DNA of 44,418 nt, taken from contig JAGCYL010000005.1 of assembly GCA_017960825.1 (NCBI GenBank), forward strand, positions 1 to 44,418, given 5' to 3'. The position numbers and the translations under genes were made by a program. The notes under the pieces are model-generated. The model saw only the letters and a program-made list of their open reading frames with translations. It was not told the DNA's origin and made no database searches. This document shows positions 9,621 through 17,835 of the stretch, in pieces (the first letter of the stretch is position 1; each line of letters starts with the position of its first letter). Origin of the DNA: Bacteroidaceae bacterium (GTDB lineage: Bacteria > Bacteroidota > Bacteroidia > Bacteroidales > Bacteroidaceae).

Positions 9621-10646
9621 TTATATACCCAGCTCTTCGCTTATGCGGAGCATCTCGTCGATGGGTTTGCGAGCCTGCCTTATCACGCTGGGCGCCACCT
9701 TAACCTCCGGCCACTCAAAACGCAGGGTATTATACAGCTTCTCCAAAGTATTGAGACGCATAAAGGCACACTCGTTGCAACCGCACGACATATCTCTCTC
9801 GCCGACTTCCGCCGGTCCCTCTGGAGCGCTGGGTGGTACAGGAATAAAGGTCTTATCGGGAGCCTGCCGTTGCATCTCAAAGAGGATACCGCTCTCTGTA
9901 GCCACAATAAACTGCTGATGCTCACTGCCTACAGCATAATTGAGCAACCTTGCCGTAGAGCCTACTACATCGGCCAGCCTTACCACTGGTCCCTTACACT
10001 CAGGGTGCGCCAGCACCTTGGCCTCAGGATACTGTGCCTTCAGTTTCAGGATTGCCTCCACCGAAAATCGCTCATGCACATGGCATGCCCCGTTCCATAG
10101 CAACATCTGACGGCCGGTGATAGAGTTGATATATTCACCCAGATTGCGGTCGGGTCCGAAAATCAGTTTCTGCTCCTTAGGAAATGACTCCACTATCTGG
10201 CGCGCATTGCTTGAGGTCACCACCACATCCGTTACAGTCTTTGTGGCCGCCGTAGTATTGACATAGGAAATCACCTTGTGGTCGGGATGCGCCTCCGTAA
10301 ACCTACGGAATTCGTCAGCCGGGCAGCTCTCTGCCAGCGAGCACGAAGCGTTAAGGTCAGGGATGAGCACCTTCTTATCCGGGCAGAGAATCTTGTTTGT
10401 CTCACCCATAAAATGCACACCACACATCACAATGATATCAGCATCCGTCTGGGCAGCCTTGCGTGCCAGAGCCAGACTGTCGCCAATAAAATCAGCAATC
10501 TCCTGCAGCGGCTTGTCGGTGTAGTAATGCGCCAGGATAACAGCATTTTTCTCCTCACACATACGGCGTATCTCAGCCTTGATATTAGTTCCTTGGGGAA
10601 TAGGCTCGCTAACGTAGCCCTTCTCCCTCCATTCTTTCTTTACCAT
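9621..10646 (-). CDS. nadA: quinolinate synthase
   Basis: 341 aa. NadA-typical sequence runs throughout (ILAHYY, VHFMGE, conserved Cys ligands). Confidence 0.95.
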   Translation of the reverse strand: MVKKEWREKGYVSEPIPQGTNIKAEIRRMCEEKNAVILAHYYTDKPLQEIADFIGDSLALARKAAQTDADIIVMCGVHFMGETNKILCPDKKVLIPDLNASCSLAESCPADEFRRFTEAHPDHKVISYVNTTAATKTVTDVVVTSSNARQIVESFPKEQKLIFGPDRNLGEYINSITGRQMLLWNGACHVHERFSVEAILKLKAQYPEAKVLAHPECKGPVVRLADVVGSTARLLNYAVGSEHQQFIVATESGILFEMQRQAPDKTFIPVPPSAPEGPAEVGERDMSCGCNECAFMRLNTLEKLYNTLRFEWPEVKVAPSVIRQARKPIDEMLRISEELGI

Positions 10647-10661
10647 AGAGTCTTAGTTATT

Positions 10662-10683
10662 ATGTTCAATCTTCAATGTTCAA
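10662..10683 (-). repeat. 1.5 copies of the 14-nt TTGAACAT[T/G]GAAGA repeat, 16 nt upstream of the nadA start
   Basis: Plus strand reads ATGTTCAATCTTCAATGTTCAA, the reverse complement of TTGAACATTGAAGA-TTGAACAT. The same unit occurs at 14304-14420. Confidence 0.6.
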
Positions 10684-10772
10684 CCCCGCAGGGGTCGCGA
10701 GAACTTCATCGGTGGTCGCTGCGTCTCGAAAGAGCCAGGAGGCTCTTTATTAAGAAGTTCGAGAGCGAAGCG

Positions 10773-11549
10773 TCAATACGATGCTGAAGCCTCGATGCCA
10801 AGTTCCCTTACACGCTTTACGATGATATCCAGTTCTTCGTGGCTGGCCTTGCGCAGACCATGGACTGGAGTCTCCCTATCAATGGTATAAACCATTACCT
10901 GTTGCGGCCCTATCTCCTTCACCGCCTGCAGCCACGGAGCAATCATCTCCTCCTTCACGTTGCCCACATCCTTTGTCCCGTCATTACCGTGCATAAACAT
11001 AGTCTGGATGATAACGTGGCCTTTGAACTCCTTCATCCTCTCAGTCAGCACCCTCACATCGTATGCTCCGCAAGGGCGGTTAACCATGCGAATATAGCCG
11101 TTGTCCACCGTGTCCAGTTTCAGGATATTATTGTCCACCAGTAGCAGCGCCTCAAAGACCTCCGCCCTTGTGATAAGCGTGGCGTTGCTCAGCACACTCA
11201 CCTTCGCCCCCGGGCAGTAAGCGTTTCGCAGCCCTATCGTGTCCTTGATGATATTCAGGAAATCGGGATGCGCCGTCGGCTCGCCGTTGCCCGCAAAGGT
11301 AATCACGTCAGGCAGCTGCGCCCCATCCTTCATCTTTTTAAGTTGGGATTCGAGGGCAGCCCTTACCACTTGGCGCGTAGGCCTTTTTTTCTGCGGTCTC
11401 CTGTCCGCGTTAAGGCCGCACTCGCAGTATATGCAGTCAAACGTACACACCTTGCCATCGGCAGGCATCAGGTTGATGCCCAGCGAGGTGCCGAGCCTCC
11501 TGCTGTGTACAGGTCCAAAGATAGGAGAGGGATAAATAACCGTAGCCAT
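10773..11549 (-). CDS. radical SAM protein (conserved, function unknown)
   Basis: 258 aa with a CxxxCxxC cluster motif (CTFDCIYCEC) near the N-terminus. Confidence 0.85.
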   Translation of the reverse strand: MATVIYPSPIFGPVHSRRLGTSLGINLMPADGKVCTFDCIYCECGLNADRRPQKKRPTRQVVRAALESQLKKMKDGAQLPDVITFAGNGEPTAHPDFLNIIKDTIGLRNAYCPGAKVSVLSNATLITRAEVFEALLLVDNNILKLDTVDNGYIRMVNRPCGAYDVRVLTERMKEFKGHVIIQTMFMHGNDGTKDVGNVKEEMIAPWLQAVKEIGPQQVMVYTIDRETPVHGLRKASHEELDIIVKRVRELGIEASASY

Positions 11550-11580
11550 AGTCTCTGCAAAAATAATTCTTTTTTTTCAA

Positions 11581-13659
11581 TTACACGCGCAATGCAACCT
11601 GAATAAATACCTCTTGCAGGGTGGAACCGTGATACATCCTCAACCCCGTCCCGATACTATCGCGATTAGAGTAGTGCGTCAGCGCATATTTCACAGCCAC
11701 CGACAGCGGTCCTACCGTGTGCTGCGCTGATACCGACAAGCGACTGCCGTGGTAATAGCATATCGGGTATCCGCTTGAGTAAAGCAGTATCGGCTCATAC
11801 AGCCTCAACCCCTCGGCATACGAGTCCGTATGAAACACAGCCCCCGACATACTCAGCCTTGTTGCTCTCGATATTACAACCGATGCTCTTTGCGACACCA
11901 TCCATCCGCATTTCGTCCCTTTGTCAGGCTGCGAGAGGAACACCATGTCCGCCGTCGTAGCAAGATTCCATACCCTTCCGGAGTAGCGCCACTGCCCTTT
12001 CAGCGTGTGTTGCACCCTGCAGTCGGGCAATCCTGCGCTGTTGTCGTCAGGCATCGAACGGTATTTATAGCGCAGCAGCCATGTCGTCGTATTCAGCGGC
12101 GAATACTCCGCTTGCAGCATGGCCCCCAGGGCATTCTTGGGATTCTTGCTCGCGTACACCGCCGTCGGGAAGTGCGCCACGTCAACATAGCCCTTGAGCT
12201 CCCATAACTTCACAGGCTCCCAGCAGAAGCCTGCCATCAGGCCATGCTCGTTCTGTATGCGCGACCCTACTCGGTAGCTTTGCGCCGATGTCGCCAGGTA
12301 TCGCTTCGAGTAGTAGCGGTGCAGCACGTTCAACGCCAGCTTGTGATGCGGAGCATACTGCACTCTGTGCAGAGTCGCCACTCCCCCTTGTTCGGAAGTC
12401 GCAGTCTCACCCCACACCTTGAAAGCTCCGCGCCCCATAGAGTATTCCACACTGTAGTTGCCGAAGTCACTGCCCTGAAAATAATACTTGCGGTACAAGG
12501 CCGTAGGCCTGCGATAAGACTTGTCATAGTGCGTATGCACAGCATTCACCCCCATATGAAACGCCCCGACCATTGCTCCCACAGACACACCGCCCTGTAG
12601 GGCAGCCACATTGTGGCGTTTATCCATCTCCAGCGGAGTGCGGTGGTAGCCGTTCGTGATGATGGTCGATATACTGTCGTCCATAAGAGTGGCGTCATGT
12701 TTGCGCCATGAGCCGAACGCCCTGATGCTTACCCTGCCCAGGCGCACGTCTATTGCACCACCCCTCATGAACATTGCCTCGTCAGTAGCCGTGTGGGCGG
12801 TGAATCCTGCCTGTCGCGGACTCATCGAAGCCAGCACACCCATGGCGTCTGCACCCGAAGAGCCCACCGTCAGTCCCAGACCGAAGTGAGTTGTGTAGTC
12901 GCCTATAATCCATTTCCTTACTGCCCTCTCACCCTTACCCATTACAAACACGGAGTAAGAATCAAACAGACTGTTGCCTTTCGCTGCAAAGGGCTCACCC
13001 TCATCCTTCTGGGCAGTCAGGCCCCACAGCAGACAGTTGTTCCATGACGCGCGGTAGCGCAAGGTGGAGGCAGTGCTGTTGCCCAAGTATTGGCAATTGG
13101 GATTGCGTTCCAGCTCCTCGCGCGAGTGGGGTCTGAATCCCTCGCGTCTGTATAGCGGAGCACTCATTGTCATAGACACGTCAGTGCGGAGCCCTTGCGA
13201 CACGTTCCTCCGGGTGGTGGGCAGATCCGGACGAGTATTCAGGGAATCCGGCATCCCATGTCTGGAATGAGAAACGGGGTCGTGCGAACAATAGAAAAAT
13301 AAGGAAAGAAAACGACGCTCCCTGTGTTGGAGGTTCTTTACGAACATCAGTTCGCCCATGGACAGGAGGCCGTGCGACCTTTCTATCAGACAGAGGATGG
13401 AATCGGCCTGCTGCTCTGTCAAGAACGGCATACGCATCAAGTCGGCTTTCTGGGCGAGGTTGATGTCCATGGGGTTGCGGTGCAACTCCATCAGTTCCTC
13501 GTAGAGGGCGTTGGTGGCAGTCGTGCCATCTTCCTCCGTCGTCATATCCTCCATAAACATCTCTGCAAATACGGCCCATTCATCCTCCTGCCCGATGACG
13601 GGCAGAGAGAAGAAAAACAAGAAAACGGTGATAAAAGTAATGCCCCAATTCTTTACCAT
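11581..13659 (-). CDS. helix-hairpin-helix domain protein with large C-terminal putative beta-barrel
   Basis: 692 aa with a signal peptide and ComEA-like HhH segments (INLAQKADLMRMPFLTEQQADSI..). The long C-terminal region is rich in alternating aromatic/polar residues. Confidence 0.65.
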   Translation of the reverse strand: MVKNWGITFITVFLFFFSLPVIGQEDEWAVFAEMFMEDMTTEEDGTTATNALYEELMELHRNPMDINLAQKADLMRMPFLTEQQADSILCLIERSHGLLSMGELMFVKNLQHRERRFLSLFFYCSHDPVSHSRHGMPDSLNTRPDLPTTRRNVSQGLRTDVSMTMSAPLYRREGFRPHSREELERNPNCQYLGNSTASTLRYRASWNNCLLWGLTAQKDEGEPFAAKGNSLFDSYSVFVMGKGERAVRKWIIGDYTTHFGLGLTVGSSGADAMGVLASMSPRQAGFTAHTATDEAMFMRGGAIDVRLGRVSIRAFGSWRKHDATLMDDSISTIITNGYHRTPLEMDKRHNVAALQGGVSVGAMVGAFHMGVNAVHTHYDKSYRRPTALYRKYYFQGSDFGNYSVEYSMGRGAFKVWGETATSEQGGVATLHRVQYAPHHKLALNVLHRYYSKRYLATSAQSYRVGSRIQNEHGLMAGFCWEPVKLWELKGYVDVAHFPTAVYASKNPKNALGAMLQAEYSPLNTTTWLLRYKYRSMPDDNSAGLPDCRVQHTLKGQWRYSGRVWNLATTADMVFLSQPDKGTKCGWMVSQRASVVISRATRLSMSGAVFHTDSYAEGLRLYEPILLYSSGYPICYYHGSRLSVSAQHTVGPLSVAVKYALTHYSNRDSIGTGLRMYHGSTLQEVFIQVALRV

Positions 13660-13674
13660 ACCATATATATAATT

Positions 13675-13702
13675 GAGATTTAAGATTTGAGATTTGAGGT
13701 TT
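13675..13702. repeat. heptanucleotide tandem repeat x4 (GAGATTT AAGATTT GAGATTT GAGGTTT)
   Basis: Read directly. It lies 16-43 nt upstream of the 11581..13659 gene start on the other strand. Confidence 0.6.
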
Positions 13703-13747
13703 ATAGAACTTGTCCGCTGTCAAGTGTTTGTTAAAATCTGCCCTGCT

Positions 13748-14386
13748 CTACAACTGACCGCTCTCTACCTTGCGCACTATCTTCTCTATCTCGCGGTCTT
13801 CGCCCTCAGGGTCATAATGCTTGCGCAAATTATTACCAAACAATGTACTGAGCACATTATACATGTTCGCCCTCACGGGGCCCAGAAATGCTTTTATCAT
13901 CTCAAAACTCGTCTGACCGCACTCGCGGTCTATCAGCTTTACCAGCAGCTTGCCCTGCGTCTTGGTTATCTTGCGCACCGTGGGCTCGTACTGCTTCCGT
14001 ATGCCGCGCTCCACTGCCTTGATATGCCGTTTCTTTTCCTTCTTGTCCTCCAGCGTCTCCAGATAGTCGTGGGTCTCTATGAGTATCTGGCGCGTCAGCT
14101 TGGCGTAAGGAAAGACATAGCGCACGTCGCGCACGAGTTTGTCGTACTTCTGTCGCTCTTTCTCGTTCTTGAATGTCTTTGGCGCTGTCTTGTAGAACTC
14201 ATGGAGTGTCATGTTGGGTATGCTGTCGCCCTGATACCACGCACGGTCTATCTTTACATACATAGCCACCTGGATGGTGTCGTCGGCCTGAGCCTTCAAT
14301 TCATTGAACATGGAAGATTGAACATTGAAGATTAGGAACAGCAAAAGGCACCGCCAGATTTGAAATATATATTGAACATTGAACAT
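13748..14386 (-). CDS. DUF4294 domain protein
   Basis: ORF 13748..14407. The C-terminal two thirds match the DUF4294 pattern as I remember it (RDVRYVFPYAKL..., KLIDRECGQTSFE). The start is uncertain: M1 at 14407, M8 at 14386 or M33 at 14311. M8 gives a signal-peptide-like N-terminus, and that N-terminus is encoded by the 14-nt repeats. Confidence 0.7.
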   Translation of the reverse strand: MFNVQYIFQIWRCLLLFLIFNVQSSMFNELKAQADDTIQVAMYVKIDRAWYQGDSIPNMTLHEFYKTAPKTFKNEKERQKYDKLVRDVRYVFPYAKLTRQILIETHDYLETLEDKKEKKRHIKAVERGIRKQYEPTVRKITKTQGKLLVKLIDRECGQTSFEMIKAFLGPVRANMYNVLSTLFGNNLRKHYDPEGEDREIEKIVRKVESGQL

Positions 14387-14420
14387 GGAAGATTGAACAT
14401 TATACATCTTACATTATACA
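14304..14420 (+). repeat. two blocks of 14-nt tandem repeats TTGAACAT[G/T]GAAGA (14304-14340 and 14372-14420)
   Basis: Block 1 is TTGAACATGGAAGA TTGAACATTGAAGA TTAGGAACA. Block 2 is TTGAACA TTGAACATGGAAGA TTGAACATTATACA TCTTACATTATACA. Confidence 0.8.
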
Positions 14421-14538
14421 TTGCCGCTTCGCGAGTGCAAAATTAGTAATTACATCTTATATTTTGCTTTTTCTTTTACTAATTTATCATAAAATTGTGG
14501 TAACTTCGCTCCCGGTATTTATTGTTATCTGTTTCTGT

Positions 14539-15066
14539 ATGCACAAACTGTCTGTTCTGGATATGAATCGCCTGAGCGCAGAAGAGTTCCGCCTGGCGAA
14601 GAAGGTTCCCCTTGTTATTGTGCTCGACAATGTAAGGAGCATGTATAACGTAGGTTCTGTTTTGCGCACCGCCGACGGCTTCCGCATTGAGAAGGTGTGT
14701 ATGTGCGGCATCACGGGGACTCCGCCTCATCAGGAGATTCACAAGACGGCTCTGGGGGCTGAAGACTGCGTGAACTGGGCTTACTACAAGAATACTGTAG
14801 ACTGCATCAATGACTTGCGCAAAGAGGGTTTTGTCATTGTTGCGCTGGAACAGGTGGAAGGAAGTAAAAATATGATGGATTGGGAAGACAGGCGTCCCAT
14901 GGCTATTATTGTGGGCAATGAGGTAAAGGGTGTGGCACAGGAAGTGGTAGACGCTGCCGACTACTGTCTGGAAATTCCGCAGATTGGTACCAAGCATTCT
15001 TTTAACGTTGCATGCGCTACTGCCATGGTTATGTGGGAATACTATAAGAGTTTTAATTACCCTTAA
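14539..15066 (+). CDS. TrmH/SpoU family RNA 2'-O-methyltransferase
   Basis: ORF 14464..15066. The conserved start MHKLSVLDMNRLSAEEF is at ATG 14539. SpoU motifs are present (VLDNVRSMYNVGSVLRTADGF, IVGNEVKGV, SFNVA). Confidence 0.85.
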   Translation: MHKLSVLDMNRLSAEEFRLAKKVPLVIVLDNVRSMYNVGSVLRTADGFRIEKVCMCGITGTPPHQEIHKTALGAEDCVNWAYYKNTVDCINDLRKEGFVIVALEQVEGSKNMMDWEDRRPMAIIVGNEVKGVAQEVVDAADYCLEIPQIGTKHSFNVACATAMVMWEYYKSFNYP

Positions 15067-15628
15067 CTGCAAAAAATAGCAGTTGATAATATTGCTTTTT
15101 GCTGTTGATAACTTGTGGAATTTGTTGTGAAATAATGCCAGTATAAAATCTTTATATTTTTCCACCATAATTCACATTATTTTTCTCCATTTCCTTCTAT
15201 GTTTTCAACATTCATTTTTATCAATTTCATAAATGAGATATTTTTTTGCTATTGCTTGTCTCTCTTGTTAACAGAAACTTTTTTGGTATTTTTAGGATAT
15301 GATAAATCAATCTTTTATGTTTTCAATACCTTGTGTATAAATTGTTGATAAAAATAGTGATTTTGTGAAAGGAATATTTATTATTTCGCGAATAAAAAAT
15401 TATAAACATTTTCCACAGCTATACATCAACAAACAGACAGACAAATAAAAAAAAAGTTTATATTTTTTTGAGAAGTAGTTAGTATTGATTTTTGCTGTGG
15501 AAAATAAAAGAAATATTTTTTTTATATAAATAATGCTTTTTTTGTTCTTTTTTGTTTGGAAATTCAATTATTAGTTTTAATTTTGGAGCAAATTTGAATT
15601 TTTGTTAAACTTTTAAATTATTAGAATT
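15067..15628. other. AT-rich gene-free region with a DnaA-box cluster; candidate chromosomal replication origin (oriC)
   Basis: Three boxes match TTWTNCACA exactly: 15332-15340 (TGTGTATAA, minus-strand sense TTATACACA), 15409-15417 (TTTTCCACA) and 15496-15504 (TGTGGAAAA, minus-strand sense TTTTCCACA). One-mismatch boxes lie at 15103-15111, 15126-15134, 15158-15166, 15168-15176 and 15343-15351. Long A/T tracts run at 15440-15470 and 15505-15560. Confidence 0.5.
15578..15585 (+). promoter_or_regulatory. candidate -7 box TAATTTTG for the zinc-ribbon gene
   Basis: Exact TAnnTTTG match 44 nt upstream of ATG 15629. Confidence 0.4.
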
Positions 15629-16375
15629 ATGGCTTTTTGTTCAAAATGTGGTCAGCAAATTGCTGACGGAGTAACAGTATGCCCATTCTGTGGCGAACCC
15701 ATTGAGGCAGCTCCTGCTGCAGCTCCCAGGACTCCGGTCTATGACAATGCACCTGAGCAGCTTGACTTCATTCCGAGTGCTGCTTCTGCTGCATTCCCGA
15801 AGTTTGCTTACATCGGTATTGCCGGTGCGGTGTTAGCTTTGATTGTTTCTTTCTTTAATGTATTTGAAACACCTAGACTTTACTACTTCCTTTATGCAGT
15901 AGCTGCAGCATGTTCAGCAGTTGCAATGTTCAAGGTTTATGATGGTCTGAAGAAAGGTCTTGCCGGTCACAGGAAACCGATGCCCGGTTTGATTACTACT
16001 ACAGCATGGTTCCAGGTAGCAGGTCAGGCACTTATGGTATTAGGTGGTCTGATTGTAATCCTTGCAGGTCTTGACGGTGTTGCAACAGCAGCAGGTATCA
16101 TAGTATTTGCAGGAGTTATAAATTTTGTATATCTGATTCTGATGCTTATTGTAGCCTTCACTTTGATAGGAAGCTACACAGGTAATGTAAAGACCTTCGG
16201 ATGGTTGCTGGTTATCCCTGTAATCTTCGGTATTATTGCAGCTATTGGTGGTGGTGCAGCAGCATTGTCAGGTGGCAAGGTAGGCGTGATTACTATAATC
16301 ATTGCAGTAATAAGCTGCGCAATCAGTGTTTACATCTATCTGTTTGCCAAGAAGATTATCAGCGACGGGAAATAA
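15629..16375 (+). CDS. zinc-ribbon domain multi-pass membrane protein (hypothetical)
   Basis: 248 aa. The N-terminal CxxC..CxxC (MAFCSKCGQQIADGVTVCPFCGEPI) is followed by about 6 hydrophobic helices. Confidence 0.75.
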   Translation: MAFCSKCGQQIADGVTVCPFCGEPIEAAPAAAPRTPVYDNAPEQLDFIPSAASAAFPKFAYIGIAGAVLALIVSFFNVFETPRLYYFLYAVAAACSAVAMFKVYDGLKKGLAGHRKPMPGLITTTAWFQVAGQALMVLGGLIVILAGLDGVATAAGIIVFAGVINFVYLILMLIVAFTLIGSYTGNVKTFGWLLVIPVIFGIIAAIGGGAAALSGGKVGVITIIIAVISCAISVYIYLFAKKIISDGK

Positions 16376-16410
16376 TAAATTATTAACTATATAAATAAAA
16401 GAAAAAAGAG

Positions 16411-16956
16411 ATGAAAAAATTATCTGTATTTATGTTGGCTGCCCTAATGGGCGTGTTTATGGTATCTTGCTCTAATGGCGACAGCCCTGCAGCAAAAGCC
16501 AAGGAGATTTTTGAAAGCGTAAAGGACAAGTTGGCTACTATGCCTAAGGATGAGCTGAAGGCCAAGACTCTTGAGTTTGGCGAGGTTATCAAGCCGATTA
16601 TGACTAAGTCGATGGAGATTGCCAAGAAGCTGATGAGCGATGAAAACTTCACTCTCGACAAGGTGGCTGACGAGTATAAGAAGATTGGCGTAGATCCTTC
16701 TGACGTACAGGATGTAAGCAAGCTCGTAGAGGACTTTACTGCAGAGGTACAGAAGAATCCGGCATGGACCGAACTTCAGGCAGATCCCGAATTCGGCAAG
16801 CAGTGGATGCAGGCTATCGGTTTTGCTGACGAGGCAACCGATGAGGCAGAGGACACTGTTGGCGAGGCTGTAGAAGATGCTGCAAATGCAGTAGGTGATG
16901 CAGTTGAAGGTGCAGCAGAAGAGGTAGCTGACGCAGTAAAAGAGGTAGTAGAATAA
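16411..16956 (+). CDS. acidic helical lipoprotein (hypothetical), paralog 1
   Basis: 181 aa with signal peptide plus lipobox (LMGVFMVSCSNG). The C-terminus DAVEGAAEEVADAVKEVVE is identical to that of the next gene. Confidence 0.75.
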   Translation: MKKLSVFMLAALMGVFMVSCSNGDSPAAKAKEIFESVKDKLATMPKDELKAKTLEFGEVIKPIMTKSMEIAKKLMSDENFTLDKVADEYKKIGVDPSDVQDVSKLVEDFTAEVQKNPAWTELQADPEFGKQWMQAIGFADEATDEAEDTVGEAVEDAANAVGDAVEGAAEEVADAVKEVVE

Positions 16957-16980
16957 TAAATACTACATTGAAAATAATAA

Positions 16981-17014
16981 AGAGGGACTCCTAAAAAGAG
17001 TCCTTCTTTTTTTT
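16981..17014 (+). terminator. intrinsic terminator
   Basis: GGGACTC...GAGTCC stem followed by a T-rich tract (TTCTTTTTTTT). Confidence 0.7.
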
Positions 17015-17074
17015 GATATGTATAGAAAAAGCAAAAAAATGGGAGAAAATATTAGTTCATTTCAGAATAATGTC

Positions 17075-17082
17075 TACTTTTG
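17075..17082 (+). promoter_or_regulatory. candidate -7 box TACTTTTG for lipoprotein paralog 2
   Basis: Exact TAnnTTTG match. It is followed by the dyad GATTTGA..TCAAATC (17089-17110) in the leader. Confidence 0.35.
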
Positions 17083-17145
17083 TAGCCGATTTGAGTGAAA
17101 TCAAATCACAGAAACCTATATTATCAACCTTTAAATTATTAAGAG

Positions 17146-17667
17146 ATGAAAAAATTATTTGTAGTAGTAATGATTGCTCTGATGGGCGTGTTTGCTGCCA
17201 GTTGTTCAGGTGGCGGAGGTATTGAAAAGGCTAAGCAGATTGTGCAGGAGCTGAAGGACAAGGGTGCTAACATGAATGTGGAAGACCTTAAGGCAAAGCT
17301 GACCGAGTTTGCAGAAGCTCTCAAGCCTGTGATGGCTAAGATTACTGAGGTAACCAAGAAGATTGAGGGTGAATCAGATCCTTCTAAGGCTATGGACATG
17401 GTAAATGAGTTGAAGGAGCTTGGTGCTGAGGACATTGACGCTCTTATGAGTGGCATGGAAGATGCATGTAAGGATATCCCTGCATGGAAGGAACTGGAGA
17501 AAGACAAGGATTTCCAGCAGAATTTCTTGACGACTCTCGGTATGGATGCTTCTAATTTTACTGAGCAGGCAACCGAAGCAGTAGAAGACGCAGCTGAGGA
17601 TGTATCTGACGCAGTAGAGGGTGCAGCTGAGGAAGTTGCTGACGCAGTAAAAGAGGTAGTAGAATAA
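17146..17667 (+). CDS. acidic helical lipoprotein (hypothetical), paralog 2
   Basis: 173 aa with signal peptide plus lipobox (LMGVFAASCSGG). It is colinear with 16411..16956, and the last ~35 nt including the stop are identical. Confidence 0.75.
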   Translation: MKKLFVVVMIALMGVFAASCSGGGGIEKAKQIVQELKDKGANMNVEDLKAKLTEFAEALKPVMAKITEVTKKIEGESDPSKAMDMVNELKELGAEDIDALMSGMEDACKDIPAWKELEKDKDFQQNFLTTLGMDASNFTEQATEAVEDAAEDVSDAVEGAAEEVADAVKEVVE

Positions 17668-17694
17668 TATCATTTTGCTAACGAATAAAAGACA

Positions 17695-17726
17695 AAAGGG
17701 ACTCCTTAATGGTAGTCCCTTTTTTG
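17695..17726 (+). terminator. intrinsic terminator
   Basis: AAAGGGACT..AGTCCCTTT stem followed by TTTTTG. Confidence 0.7.
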
Positions 17727-17799
17727 TATAGAGTATTGAAAAAAGGTGGTAAAAATCAAAAAGAATGTGAAATAGGGAAGTGCTTTGCGGAAATTGTTA

Positions 17800-17807
17800 T
17801 ATTTTTG
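17800..17807 (+). promoter_or_regulatory. candidate -7 box TATTTTTG for dapB
   Basis: Exact TAnnTTTG(CAG) match 29 nt upstream of ATG 17836. Confidence 0.4.
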
Positions 17808-17835
17808 CAGGTTGAAACGAAAACTCACAAAACAC

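Noticed and set aside
15409-15504. The 11-bp inverted repeat TTTTCCACAGC / GCTGTGGAAAA read as a Bacteroides-type invertible promoter (inverton).
   Set aside because: The arms are short, the 74-bp insert is small for an inverton and has no exact TAnnTTTG box, and no invertase gene lies nearby. The arms are better explained as opposed DnaA boxes.
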